A stretch of DNA of 64,000 nucleotides, from NCBI GenBank assembly GCA_040902845.1, contig JBBDWM010000042.1:73825-137824 (forward strand). The letters run 5' to 3'. The notes below the pieces were generated by a model. The model worked only from the letters and a program-made list of their open reading frames with translations, was not told where the DNA came from and ran no database searches. The position numbers were made by a program, and so were the translations under genes. Source of the stretch: Acidimicrobiia bacterium (GTDB taxonomy: Bacteria; Actinomycetota; Acidimicrobiia; Spongiisociales; ZC4RG35). The stretch's first letter is position 1; every line of letters begins with the position of its first letter. Positions 47,640 to 59,389 of this stretch are shown here, piece after piece.

Positions 47640-48097
47640 TCCGGTGGAGGAACCACAGGTTACGAACTGTGCCGAAGTTATGTCAAAGCGTCACGATCGC
47701 GAGAAAGGGCACCCGCACCATCACGGAGATCACCTGGTCCGCGAAGAATTCGGATGGTTCGCGAAAAGAACCCATGCGTCATTCATCGTCCCACGGCCTC
47801 GAAATAGGCATGGCAATCTATGGAAAAACCTTTTACTACCTGGGGTTTTCTTGTGGAAAGATGCAGGGCAAGTCTTCCACACCGTTGATTCTCGCGTTCT
47901 TGACGACCCAGTGACACGGAGCCGATACTCGCCTCCCTTGACCTTGGGAGCGCGATCGACTTCCCCTGTCGTAATTGGATGACTGGACCGCTCTCGGTGA
48001 CAACCTGGATGACATCCCGGTGGGATGTTCACAGTCCTTTCCACAGATGTGGATGTGTCTGTGGACAACTCGAGACCGGACTTGGAGGAGTGGCCCA
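47640..48097. promoter_or_regulatory. oriC region with a DnaA-box cluster (rpmH-dnaA intergenic)
   Basis: Multiple TCCACA-core boxes, including a perfect TTGTCCACA (revcomp at 48060-48068), ATCCACA and TTCCACA variants. Low coding potential and the canonical position. Confidence 0.7.
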
Positions 48098-49480
48098 TTG
48101 ACACAACCAAATACGACGCCCGACGGATGGAACCAGTTTCAAGACATTCTCAGGGCGGGAGCCTCCAAGGGAAACTGGGAGACCTGGCTTTCGCGCATTG
48201 AGCCTGACTTCCAGGGACGAACTCCGGTCCTGACCGCCCCCAGCGAATTCCACCTGAGGTGGGTCCGAGACAAACACGGCGATCTGATCGAGGACGCTTT
48301 CAAGGAGATCTACGGGATTGATTCGACACCCCGATACAAGGTGGTCGAAGTCGACCTCGCCGATCAACTCCCTCTCGACCGCGAGCCCCAGGGTGAGCAG
48401 GGCGAGCTAGGCCAGGATCGGACGGGCAAGGGAACACCACCGAACCTCTTTTCGCGTTATCGCTTCGAGAGCTTCGTCGTCGGTCAATCGAACCGATTCG
48501 CATGGGCAGCCGCCATGGCCGTCGCCGAGCAACCCGGGGCTCATTACAACCCTCTCTTCATCTACGGCGGCGCCGGTCTGGGCAAGACCCATCTGTTGAA
48601 TGCGGTTGGCCACCAGGCTCTCGAGATGTACCCGAACCTGGTGGTTCGTTACATATCGTCGGAGAACTTCCTCAATGACTTCATCGACTCGATCCGGAGA
48701 AAGCGTCCCGACGCCTTCAAACACCGGTACCGCGGGGTCGACATCCTGCTTCTTGACGACGTCCAGTTCTTTGAGGGCAAGGAGCAGATCCTCGAGGAGT
48801 TCTTCCACACCTTCAACTCGCTCTACGAGTCGGGCAAGCAGATGGTCATCAGCTCGGATCGCCATCCCCGCAACCTGTCCTCGCTGGAAGACCGACTTCG
48901 GAGCCGTTTTGAGTGGGGTCTCCTCACCGACATCCAACCACCGGATGTGGAAACGAGACTGGCCATCCTGAAGCGCAACGCCGAATTCGCTCCGCGCCCG
49001 GTGCCCATTGACGTCCTCGAGCACATAGCCGGACTGGTCTCTGACAACATCCGGGAGCTAGAAGGAGCCCTGACCAGGGTCACCGCCTGGTCGGCTCTGA
49101 ATCGTCGTGACATAGACTTGGAGACTGCCGAGCGTGTCCTACGCGACATCGTCACCCCATATGAGCCGATCCCCTTGGGACCCGACACCATCATCCGAAC
49201 CACGGCAACCGCTTATGGGTTCTCGGTCGAAGACGTTCTCAGCCCGAGCAGGAGACAACCTCTGGTCCTCTGCCGTCAGATCTCGATGTACCTCTGCCGT
49301 GAGCTGACCGACCTCTCGTTGCCCAAGATCGGCGAGCACTTCCAGCGGGACCACACCACCGTTCTCCACTCGGTGGAGAAGGTGAAGCGGATCCTGCGCT
49401 CGGATCGGGCGGTCTTCGATCGGGTCACACAACTCACACAGGACCTGAGGAAAGGTGGGGTTGTATCCACAGCCAGTTGA
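48098..49480 (+). CDS. dnaA: chromosomal replication initiator DnaA
   Basis: Domains I-IV, AAA+ Walker A GGAGLGKTHL. Start proposed at TTG 48098 with GGAGGAG SD. The 47975 extension is not DnaA-like. Confidence 0.95.
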   Translation: MTQPNTTPDGWNQFQDILRAGASKGNWETWLSRIEPDFQGRTPVLTAPSEFHLRWVRDKHGDLIEDAFKEIYGIDSTPRYKVVEVDLADQLPLDREPQGEQGELGQDRTGKGTPPNLFSRYRFESFVVGQSNRFAWAAAMAVAEQPGAHYNPLFIYGGAGLGKTHLLNAVGHQALEMYPNLVVRYISSENFLNDFIDSIRRKRPDAFKHRYRGVDILLLDDVQFFEGKEQILEEFFHTFNSLYESGKQMVISSDRHPRNLSSLEDRLRSRFEWGLLTDIQPPDVETRLAILKRNAEFAPRPVPIDVLEHIAGLVSDNIRELEGALTRVTAWSALNRRDIDLETAERVLRDIVTPYEPIPLGPDTIIRTTATAYGFSVEDVLSPSRRQPLVLCRQISMYLCRELTDLSLPKIGEHFQRDHTTVLHSVEKVKRILRSDRAVFDRVTQLTQDLRKGGVVSTAS

Positions 49481-49569
49481 GTTGTCCCCCGCGCACCGGG
49501 AGATCTCCCCACTCGATCAACAGCCCCGTGCACAGGACAATCGCCAATGGCCACCACGCCATTCACGAG

Positions 49570-49590
49570 GAATCCACAAATCCACAACCC
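49570..49590. promoter_or_regulatory. tandem ATCCACAA DnaA-box-like pair (dnaA-dnaN intergenic)
   Basis: AATCCACAAATCCACAA read directly from the sequence. Confidence 0.4.
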
Positions 49591-49652
49591 CCTACTACAA
49601 CTAATACTCTTTAAATGCCACTCAGTAGCAAGAAACGAAGGGACACCCACCT

Positions 49653-50735
49653 GTGAGAATCCGAGCTCAGCGAGACGACCTGGCTGATGTACTCGCCAGG
49701 GCAAACCGCGCCGTGGGGACTCGGACCGCCCTGCCGGTGCTGCAGGGTCTCCTCTGTGAGGTGTCGGGGACCAGTCTCCGGGTGACCGGGACCGATCTCG
49801 ATATCACGGTGCGGACCTCCGCTGAAGTGGAAGTGATGGAGGAAGGGCGGGCGGTCATCCCCGGGAGGCTGCTCTCCGAGGCGGTGCGGAAGATGCCGGC
49901 CGGTTCGGTCACAGTGGGCACCACCGACAACGACATCGAGATTCAGGGCAACGGACCACGTTTCACGCTGCGACCGCTCTCGCTGGACGATTTCCCACTT
50001 CACGAGGAGATCGTTTCCGACGGGGTCGAAGTCGACGGGGAGGAACTAGCCGAAGCGATCAACCAGGTCACCATCGCCGCTTCCGGGGATGGGGCACGCC
50101 CCATCCTCACCGGGGTGCTCTTCGAGGGGTCGGACAGTGGTTTGCGGATGGTCGCCACCGACTCCTACCGCCTGGCGAGGCGGGACCTGGTCGGGGTAGG
50201 GCTCGAGGGCACGGCTTTGGTGCCGGCGCGCGGGCTGAGAGAGCTGCCGCGGACGATCGGGTCGACCAAGGTGACAGCGCAACTCCTCGATCGGGAGGCG
50301 GTGTTCACCTCCGACAAGGGCCTGCTTCGTCTCCGCCTCATCGATGGGAGTTTCCCGAAGTATCAATCGCTGTTGCCAGACACCTATCCCAATCAGGTAG
50401 TGGTGGAAAAGGAGACCCTGCTCGACGCCTTGGGTCGGGTCAGCCTGGTCGCCGAAGATCACATCCCGGTCCGCCTCAAGCTCATGGAAGGTGGGATCGA
50501 AGTCACCGTCACCCGCCAGGACGTAGGCGCCGAAGCCGAGCATCTCGACGGTGTGTACACCGGTACCGACGAGGAAGTCTCGATCGCCTTCAACCCGAGA
50601 TACCTCCAGGACGGGGTATCGGCGATTCCCGGTGACTCGGTGCGGATACGAGTGATCGATGCGTTCAAGCCGAGCGTGATCGATCAGGGCTCAGACGATG
50701 CCTTTCTCTACCTGCTGATGCCCGTACGGGTGTGA
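49653..50735 (+). CDS. dnaN: DNA polymerase III beta sliding clamp
   Basis: Three-domain beta clamp. GTG start. Confidence 0.95.
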   Translation: MRIRAQRDDLADVLARANRAVGTRTALPVLQGLLCEVSGTSLRVTGTDLDITVRTSAEVEVMEEGRAVIPGRLLSEAVRKMPAGSVTVGTTDNDIEIQGNGPRFTLRPLSLDDFPLHEEIVSDGVEVDGEELAEAINQVTIAASGDGARPILTGVLFEGSDSGLRMVATDSYRLARRDLVGVGLEGTALVPARGLRELPRTIGSTKVTAQLLDREAVFTSDKGLLRLRLIDGSFPKYQSLLPDTYPNQVVVEKETLLDALGRVSLVAEDHIPVRLKLMEGGIEVTVTRQDVGAEAEHLDGVYTGTDEEVSIAFNPRYLQDGVSAIPGDSVRIRVIDAFKPSVIDQGSDDAFLYLLMPVRV

Positions 50736-51830
50736 ATGCAGGTCGACTGGTTATCGCTCTCCGATTTTCGGTCCTATGAGACTCTCGAATGGAGCCCCGA
50801 GCCGGGGGTGAATCTCTTGCTCGGACCGAATGGGTCCGGCAAGACCAATCTCCTCGAGGCCATCGGCTTCTTGGCCACTCTCAGGTCGTTCCGTTCCGTC
50901 GAGGAGGCCTCATTGATCAAGGATGGGGTGGATGCCGCCATCATCCGCGCCGGCATCTCAACCGGCGAACGGTCGCGGTTGGTTGAGATCGAGGTGAACC
51001 GGATCGGGCCCCGTCGGGCCCAGGTCGACAAGACCCGGCTGCGCCGGACGTCGGACCTGTTGGGTGTGGTCAGGGTCATCGCCTTCCTCCCCGAGGACCT
51101 GGATCTGGTGAAGAGGGGGCCGGCCTACCGACGTGACCTGATCGACCAAGTCGCTCTCCAGTTGTGGCCGGCGGCCCATCTCGACCAGGCTGAGTTCGAT
51201 CGTGCGTTACGACAACGAAACGCATTCCTACGAGCAGGGGAGCGCGACGAGGCCACCCTTTCGGTTTGGGATTCACGATTCGCCCAATCCGGGGGACGGG
51301 TGATGGCGAGAAGAGTGGCTGTGTTGGAGACCCTCGCCCCCTGGCTCGAGGAGACCTACATGTCGGTCTCACAAAGGGGTGATCGGGCGTCTCTTGGGTA
51401 TGTGTGCTCCTGGACCACGAAGGAGATCTCCACCAGTTCCTCGGGGGAGTTCGGCGCCGAGATCGCTTCGGCTCTCGAGAGGTCACGAAAGGCGGATTAC
51501 GACCGCCGTCTGACCACCACCGGGCCGCATCGTGATGAGCCGGCGTTCCGGATCGACGGGGTCGAGACGAGGACGCACGGGAGCCAGGGAGAGCAGCGGA
51601 CCATGGCGTTGGCGGTGAAGTTGGCCGCCCACCGTGCGGTTGCGGATGTGATCGGGGAGCAGCCGGTGCTGCTCCTCGACGACGTCTTCTCGGAGCTCGA
51701 CCCGGACCGGGCCAAGGCGTTGGCTGGGGCAATCCCCGAGCAGGCTCAAACCCTCGTCACCTCGGCGCGGCCTGAGGACGTCCCAATCCCCGGAACTGTG
51801 TGGTGGGTTGGGGACGGGGTGCAACGATGA
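50736..51830 (+). CDS. recF: DNA replication and repair protein RecF
   Basis: Walker A GPNGSGKTN and an SMC-like signature. Confidence 0.95.
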   Translation: MQVDWLSLSDFRSYETLEWSPEPGVNLLLGPNGSGKTNLLEAIGFLATLRSFRSVEEASLIKDGVDAAIIRAGISTGERSRLVEIEVNRIGPRRAQVDKTRLRRTSDLLGVVRVIAFLPEDLDLVKRGPAYRRDLIDQVALQLWPAAHLDQAEFDRALRQRNAFLRAGERDEATLSVWDSRFAQSGGRVMARRVAVLETLAPWLEETYMSVSQRGDRASLGYVCSWTTKEISTSSSGEFGAEIASALERSRKADYDRRLTTTGPHRDEPAFRIDGVETRTHGSQGEQRTMALAVKLAAHRAVADVIGEQPVLLLDDVFSELDPDRAKALAGAIPEQAQTLVTSARPEDVPIPGTVWWVGDGVQR

Positions 51831-52132
51831 CCGGTGGTGACTTGTCGTCATTCGAGTCCTCTCTGGGTGAGGTGTTCCGAAAGATGGGTCTTCCCGACCC
51901 GGTGCTCATGTCCCAGCTCCTCGACGAGTGGGACGAGCTTGCCGGCACCCCTTGGGTAGGGAGGTCGCGGCCGGTGGTGATCAGGGGGCGAACATTGGTC
52001 GTGGAGGCGTCTTCACCGTCGATGGTGGCATTTCTGCGATACGGGGCTACCCAGCTGGTGGAGACCCTGAGAGCCCGTTTCGGGGAGGGGGTAGTCGATC
52101 AGGTCGAAGTCACACCACCGTCGCGAAATTGA
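51827..52132 (+). CDS. DUF721 / DciA-like protein
   Basis: About 100 aa in the conserved recF-gyrB position. Start overlaps the recF stop. Confidence 0.65.
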   Translation: MTGGDLSSFESSLGEVFRKMGLPDPVLMSQLLDEWDELAGTPWVGRSRPVVIRGRTLVVEASSPSMVAFLRYGATQLVETLRARFGEGVVDQVEVTPPSRN

Positions 52133-52180
52133 ATGATCGTCGCAACGGATGGATTGGGTTTTGTCAGTAGTTATCGGTAA

Positions 52181-54160
<1,980 letters not shown>

Positions 54161-54164
54161 GCTC

Positions 54165-56603
54165 ATGAGCGAAGACACACTCGATCCAGTTATCCCCAGC
54201 TCCGATATCGAGATCACCGATGAGATGGAGCAGAGCTTCATCGACTATGCGATGTCGGTCATCGTCTCCCGGGCGTTGCCGGATGTCCGCGACGGCCTGA
54301 AGCCGGTGCAACGCCGGATCATCTATTCGATGTTCGAGAACAACATCACCACTGCCTCGGCGCATCGCAAATGCTCCAAAGTGGTCGGAGATGTCATGGG
54401 CAACTACCACCCCCACGGCGATCAGGCGATCTATGACGCGCTGGTCAGGATGGGTCAGGATTTCTCGATGCGGCATCTCCTCATCGACCCCCAGGGCAAC
54501 TTCGGGACCATCGACGACCCACCCGGCGCGGCGCGCTACACCGAATGCCGTCTCACCAAGCTCTCCAACCATCTACTCGACGGGATCCGGGAGGACACGG
54601 TCGATTTCATCGACAACTACTCCGGCGAGATGCAACAGCCCTCGGTTCTTCCGGCCCGATTCCCCAATCTCCTGGTCAACGGCTCTCAGGGGATCGCGGT
54701 GGGTATGGCCACCAACATCCCTCCTCACAACCTCAACGAAGTCATCGACGCCAGTATCCATGTGATCGACAACCCCGACGCCACCTCCGAGGAGTTGATG
54801 CAATTCGTCAAGGGCCCCGACTTCCCGACCGGCGGGTTCCTGGTGGGGGTCGGCGGGATCCATGACGCTCTCACCACCGGCCGGGGCTCGGTGAAGATCC
54901 GTGCCGTGTGTGACGTGCAGGAGATCCGCAAGGGTCGCACCGCGATCATCGCCACCGAGCTCCCCTACCAGGTCTCGATCGAGCGGATCGTCGCCAAGAT
55001 CAAGGAGTTGGTCGATTCGAAACGGATCGACGGGATCGCCGAGGTTCGCAACGAGAGCTCCGATCGGGTTGGCATCCGACTGGTCATCGAGTTGAAGGCC
55101 AACGCCATCCCCCAGGTGGTGCTCAACCAGCTTTACAAGAACACCCCACTCCAGGATTCGTTCGCATACAACATGGTTTCCCTGGTCGACGGAGTCCCGA
55201 GGACGCTCAACGTGGCCGAGATGATCGGCTACTACCTCGACCACCAGATGGAAGTCGTCGAGCGGCGAACCCGGTTCCGTCTCGAAGAGGCGCAGGCCCG
55301 GGCTCACATCCTCGAGGGTCTCATCATCGCCGTCGACAACATCGACGAGGTGATCCAGGTCATCCGGGGCTCTGCGGACACCAGCGAGGCGCGGGCCAAC
55401 CTGATCGAACGATTCGAGCTTTCCGAGATCCAGGCCAATGCCATCCTGGACATGCCGCTGCGGCGTCTGACCGCCCTCGAGGTTGACAAGCTGCGCACCG
55501 AGCTGGCCGAGCTGGCGGAGGTGATCGCCGAGTTGGAGAAAATCCTCGCCGACCCCAAGATCCGTTGGGGAATCATCAAGGACGAGCTGGGAGAGATACG
55601 GTCCACGTTCGGCGAGAACCGACGCAGCCGCATCATCCCTGACGAGGGCGACCTCTCCCTCGAAGACCTGATTGCCGACGACGAGTTGATCGTCACCGTT
55701 TCCCAAACCGGTTACATCAAGTCGGTCCCGGCCTCCACCTATCGGACCCAGGCCCGCGGTGGGCGTGGAATCAAGGCGGCCGAGGTGCAAGGTGATGACG
55801 TGATCCAGCACCTGGTCCACACCACCGCCCACGCCTATCTCCTGTTCTTCACCAACAAAGGCCTGGTCCATCGGCTGAAGGCCCATGCCATTCCCCGCCA
55901 GTCACGGACAGCCAAAGGCGTGCTGGGGCAGTCGGTGCTCCCCTTGGAGCCCGAGGAGACGGTGCAGGCGATCATCGACACCCGTGACTACGAGACCGGC
56001 CGCTATCTGGTGATGGTCACCAAACTTGGGGTCGCGAAGAAGACCGAGTTCAAGGAATACGACTCCCGGAACCAGACCCTGGTTGCGATCAAGCTGGTTG
56101 GCGACGACGAGGTGGTGTCGGTTCGCCCGACCAGCGGAGCCAATGACATGCTGATCTTCACTCGTGACGGGATGGGGATCAGGTTCGCCGAAGCAGACCT
56201 CAGGAGTATGGGGCGGAGCACCCAGGGAGTCCGCGGGATCCGGTTGCGCGAGGGTGACCAGGTCGTGGCCGCCGTTTCCAACGTCGAGGGTGACGAGGTG
56301 TTGCTGTTGAGCTCGGCCGGTTACGGCAAGCGGACTGCCATGGGGGAGTTCCGCCGTCAGACTCGTGGCGGGCAAGGAATGAAGGCCTTCAAGCTGACGC
56401 GGGTACGAGGCAACCTGGTCGGAGCGCTCGCCGTGTCCAAGGAAGGCGACGTCTTCCTGGTCTCATCGGCCGGCATCGGGATCCGGACCCCGATCGCCAA
56501 GATCAGCCGTCAGAAGCGGGACACGACCGGGGTCAGGGTCATCGATGTCGGCGAGGGAAATGAGCTCTCGGCCATCGCCACCGTCCACGATGTCGAGGAA
56601 TGA
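54165..56603 (+). CDS. gyrA: DNA gyrase subunit A
   Basis: Active-site Tyr region, QRDR (HPHGD), C-terminal beta-pinwheel repeats. Confidence 0.97.
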   Translation: MSEDTLDPVIPSSDIEITDEMEQSFIDYAMSVIVSRALPDVRDGLKPVQRRIIYSMFENNITTASAHRKCSKVVGDVMGNYHPHGDQAIYDALVRMGQDFSMRHLLIDPQGNFGTIDDPPGAARYTECRLTKLSNHLLDGIREDTVDFIDNYSGEMQQPSVLPARFPNLLVNGSQGIAVGMATNIPPHNLNEVIDASIHVIDNPDATSEELMQFVKGPDFPTGGFLVGVGGIHDALTTGRGSVKIRAVCDVQEIRKGRTAIIATELPYQVSIERIVAKIKELVDSKRIDGIAEVRNESSDRVGIRLVIELKANAIPQVVLNQLYKNTPLQDSFAYNMVSLVDGVPRTLNVAEMIGYYLDHQMEVVERRTRFRLEEAQARAHILEGLIIAVDNIDEVIQVIRGSADTSEARANLIERFELSEIQANAILDMPLRRLTALEVDKLRTELAELAEVIAELEKILADPKIRWGIIKDELGEIRSTFGENRRSRIIPDEGDLSLEDLIADDELIVTVSQTGYIKSVPASTYRTQARGGRGIKAAEVQGDDVIQHLVHTTAHAYLLFFTNKGLVHRLKAHAIPRQSRTAKGVLGQSVLPLEPEETVQAIIDTRDYETGRYLVMVTKLGVAKKTEFKEYDSRNQTLVAIKLVGDDEVVSVRPTSGANDMLIFTRDGMGIRFAEADLRSMGRSTQGVRGIRLREGDQVVAAVSNVEGDEVLLLSSAGYGKRTAMGEFRRQTRGGQGMKAFKLTRVRGNLVGALAVSKEGDVFLVSSAGIGIRTPIAKISRQKRDTTGVRVIDVGEGNELSAIATVHDVEE

Positions 56604-56679
56604 AGGAACCCGCACTGACCTGGAGTCGTTGGTCAACTGTGGCGGTCTCGTAGACTTGTCCCACAGCTAGGGAGCCGGT

Positions 56680-57180
56680 ATGGCAACTGTTCGTCGTGTT
56701 CGACGCATAATCAGAAAGGTCGATCCCTGGACCGCGCTGAAGGTTTCGGCGGTGGTCTGGGCCGTTGTGGCCATCGCCATGGTGCTCGGCGGTGTCATCT
56801 TCTGGTCGGTATTCGATCGGGCCGGAATCCCGGATCGTCTCACCGCCTTCATGGTCGAGATCACGCTGATCGACGAGGGCTCCCAACCGTTTGCCAACGT
56901 GGAGCAGTTCTTCAGGGTCATTGTGTTCGGGTCTGTGGCGTGGTGGGTCCTGGCCACAGGTGCGACCGTGCTGCTGGCCATCACCTACAACCTGGTCTCT
57001 GACGTCGTTGGTGGGATCGAGATCGTGGTTCTGGAAGAGACTCTCAACCCGGTCACAATGCCGCAACAGGTCCTGCACCCGCCGACCGACTACCGCCCGG
57101 GCAACGGCTCTACGGCGCCCTACGACCAGGCAGACATCCCCACCGAGGAAACCGCGCCGGTCAGCGTTCCACTGACCTGA
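56680..57180 (+). CDS. DUF3566 family transmembrane protein
   Basis: Basic N-terminus, two TM helices, Pro-rich tail. Conserved position after gyrA. Confidence 0.65.
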   Translation: MATVRRVRRIIRKVDPWTALKVSAVVWAVVAIAMVLGGVIFWSVFDRAGIPDRLTAFMVEITLIDEGSQPFANVEQFFRVIVFGSVAWWVLATGATVLLAITYNLVSDVVGGIEIVVLEETLNPVTMPQQVLHPPTDYRPGNGSTAPYDQADIPTEETAPVSVPLT

Positions 57181-57186
57181 ACCCCC

Positions 57187-57242
57187 GCCGTAATTGGGAT
57201 ACACAGGGCCGTATATGACCCCTGTAGATCCCAATTAGCGGT
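57187..57242. repeat. palindromic MITE/REP-like element, copy 3
   Basis: CCGTAATTGGGAT-ACACAGGGCCGTATATGACCCCTGTAG-ATCCCAATTAGCGG with perfect 13-bp termini. Overlaps the stop codons of both convergent flanking genes. Confidence 0.85.
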
Positions 57243-57870
57243 CGTTGGCCATCACCAAGCCCATGTCCGTGGCTGTCTGAAGATAGGTCAGCGCGTCGTC
57301 GAAGACCATCAGGGGCGTGTCACCGGCAAGATCGACTCCGGCCGCCAGGGCGATACCCGAGAGGAATGCCCCATCGTCGACGATGGTCACACTTCGACCG
57401 GCTCCGACGGCGAGACAGGCTGCGAAACGGTTTGGGGAGTTGGCCATGGCCACCCGCCGCTGTGAATAGGTGGTGTCGGCCACAGTCGCCCTGCCCACCG
57501 GCTCCGGGAACCGCACCGCGTGATCCGAGCCCTCTGCATAGTCGGGGTGGGCCACTGCAACTAGACGTGGATCCGGCTCGCGTGAGGCCATCGCCAGGGC
57601 CAGACCGGCCGGTGACCCGCCGGCCACGATGACTCCCTCCTCGGTCGACTCGCCGTCCCAGATCAGACGCACCCCGTGATTTCGGGCCAGAGCGGGCGCA
57701 TCGGGGCCGGTGCCTACGAGAAGGTCGCAGCCTTCAGCCGAGGGTACGACCCGAAAGCTCTTGCTCCGCGCCGGTCCGACCACTACCACCTCGTCTACGG
57801 TGCGATGGGCGCTCAGTGAGTGGGCTGCCCGAACCGCGGTATCCCCGGTGACGAGCACACCGACGATCAC
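57235..57870 (-). CDS. hypothetical protein (Rossmann-like N-terminus)
   Basis: 211-aa protein-like ORF with no recognisable family. TAA stop lies inside repeat copy 3. Confidence 0.45.
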   Translation of the reverse strand: MIVGVLVTGDTAVRAAHSLSAHRTVDEVVVVGPARSKSFRVVPSAEGCDLLVGTGPDAPALARNHGVRLIWDGESTEEGVIVAGGSPAGLALAMASREPDPRLVAVAHPDYAEGSDHAVRFPEPVGRATVADTTYSQRRVAMANSPNRFAACLAVGAGRSVTIVDDGAFLSGIALAAGVDLAGDTPLMVFDDALTYLQTATDMGLVMANDR

Positions 57871-58053
57871 GAGGGGTGGGTCGGGCTCCAGGCGGAGTCA
57901 GGCTCCACCGGGTCGCCGCCACGTCGACGCATCAACACGAAGGCGACGACGGCGCCGAGGATGAGAAGAGGAGAGAGACGTTTCACAGGGCAAGTCTACG
58001 GTGGATCCAACGGCAACAATCGAACTCCTGCAAGCCGACAGGAATCTCAGCCC

Positions 58054-58675
58054 ATGGCGACATCCGACCTCACGATCGATCATGTGATCGTGTGCGTCCC
58101 CGACCTCGAGCAAGCAGCGGATGTGTTCTTCAAGCGGTATGGCCTGCGGTCAGTGGCTGGGGGCCGTCATGCCGGTTTAGGCACTGCGAATCGGATCATC
58201 CCTTTGGGTGACAACTATCTCGAGTTGCTGACTGTCGTCGACCGGAGGGCCGCCAGGGCCAACCCGTTCGGGATGTGGGCCACCGTTTCGATCGAGGAGA
58301 GTCCGATGCGCTCGGTTGGGTTGTGTCTGCGAACCGACCACATCCGGGAGGTGACCAGTCGTCTCGGGTTGAAACCGATTTCGATGTCCCGCAACACGTC
58401 CGATGGGTTGGAGTTGCGATGGCAATCGGCCGGTCTGGAGCAGACCCTGACCCGTGGGCATCCCTTCTTCATCCAATGGGACATCGACATGGCCGATCAC
58501 CCCGGGCCGCTCGCTCGAGGGTCAGGGGCCGATCGAGAGCGTGGTTCTCTCCGGGCAGCCCGTTGAGCTTCGGAGTTGGCTGGGCGCAGCCGACGCTGGG
58601 CTGTCGATCATCGAAGGTCCGCCCGGGGTGGCCGGCCTTGCCATCAGGCATCCCTCTGGTCTTATCGACTTGTGA
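58054..58675 (+). pseudogene. VOC/glyoxalase-like domain protein with an apparent frameshift near 58490
   Basis: N-terminal part runs in one frame to ...DIDMADHPG. A protein-like C-terminus (SLEGQGPIESVVLSGQPVELRSWLG...) continues in another frame. The shift maps to a CCCCGGG run. Confidence 0.5.
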
Positions 58676-58704
58676 TATTGACTCAGGAGTAGGTGAGTCA
58701 ATAT
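58676..58704. promoter_or_regulatory. perfect 11-8-11 inverted repeat ATATTGACTCA-N8-TGAGTCAATAT (ArsR-type operator candidate)
   Basis: Lies 11 nt upstream of the arsR-arsC fusion start. Confidence 0.5.
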
Positions 58705-58714
58705 AGTTTGAGCT

Positions 58715-59389
58715 ATGGAGAGAATCGAGAGGGCAGCAATCCATCGAGCCCTGGGCGACGATGGCCGTCTCCAGATCGTCGACGAGTTGTCTCTATCCGA
58801 TCGCACCCCACATGACCTCGCCCGTATCACTGGTTTCGAAACCAACCTGCTCGCACACCATCTGGGGGTGTTGGAAGCAGCAGCGTTGATCCGGCGTCGG
58901 GTTTCATCGGGCGACCGTCGTCGTCGCTACATCTCCCTCGACACCGAGTTGGTCCGTGGCTTCCTACCGGGACGCCTACTGGCGGCGACGTCGGTGGTTT
59001 TTGTCTGCACCCATAACTCCGCCCGTTCCCAGGTCGCTGAGGCCCTGTTTCGGTCAAGATGTGGGGCGTTGGTGCAGAGCGCAGGCCCCAATCCCAGACA
59101 GGCCGTGCACCCCAAGGCGATCAAGGTCGGTACCGAGATGGGCGTCGACCTCTCGACCCACAAGCCGAAGGGCTTCTCGGAGGTGACCGGGTCACCCGAT
59201 CTGGTGGTGTCGGTGTGTGATTTGGCGGTCGAGTCGGATATCCCGTTCGAGGCTCGAATCCTGCATTGGTCAATTCCTGACCCGGTCGAGACCGGCCGAA
59301 TCGGGGACTTTCGGAGCTCATTCACCGAGATTGACAGACGAGTCGGCCAAATGGTCGGTGCAATCGAGAACGAGAGGCAGCAAGCATGA
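58715..59389 (+). CDS. ArsR-family HTH fused to an LMW-PTP-type arsenate reductase/phosphatase domain
   Basis: N-terminal ArsR wHTH, then a CTHNSARS P-loop and a DP motif. Confidence 0.75.
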   Translation: MERIERAAIHRALGDDGRLQIVDELSLSDRTPHDLARITGFETNLLAHHLGVLEAAALIRRRVSSGDRRRRYISLDTELVRGFLPGRLLAATSVVFVCTHNSARSQVAEALFRSRCGALVQSAGPNPRQAVHPKAIKVGTEMGVDLSTHKPKGFSEVTGSPDLVVSVCDLAVESDIPFEARILHWSIPDPVETGRIGDFRSSFTEIDRRVGQMVGAIENERQQA

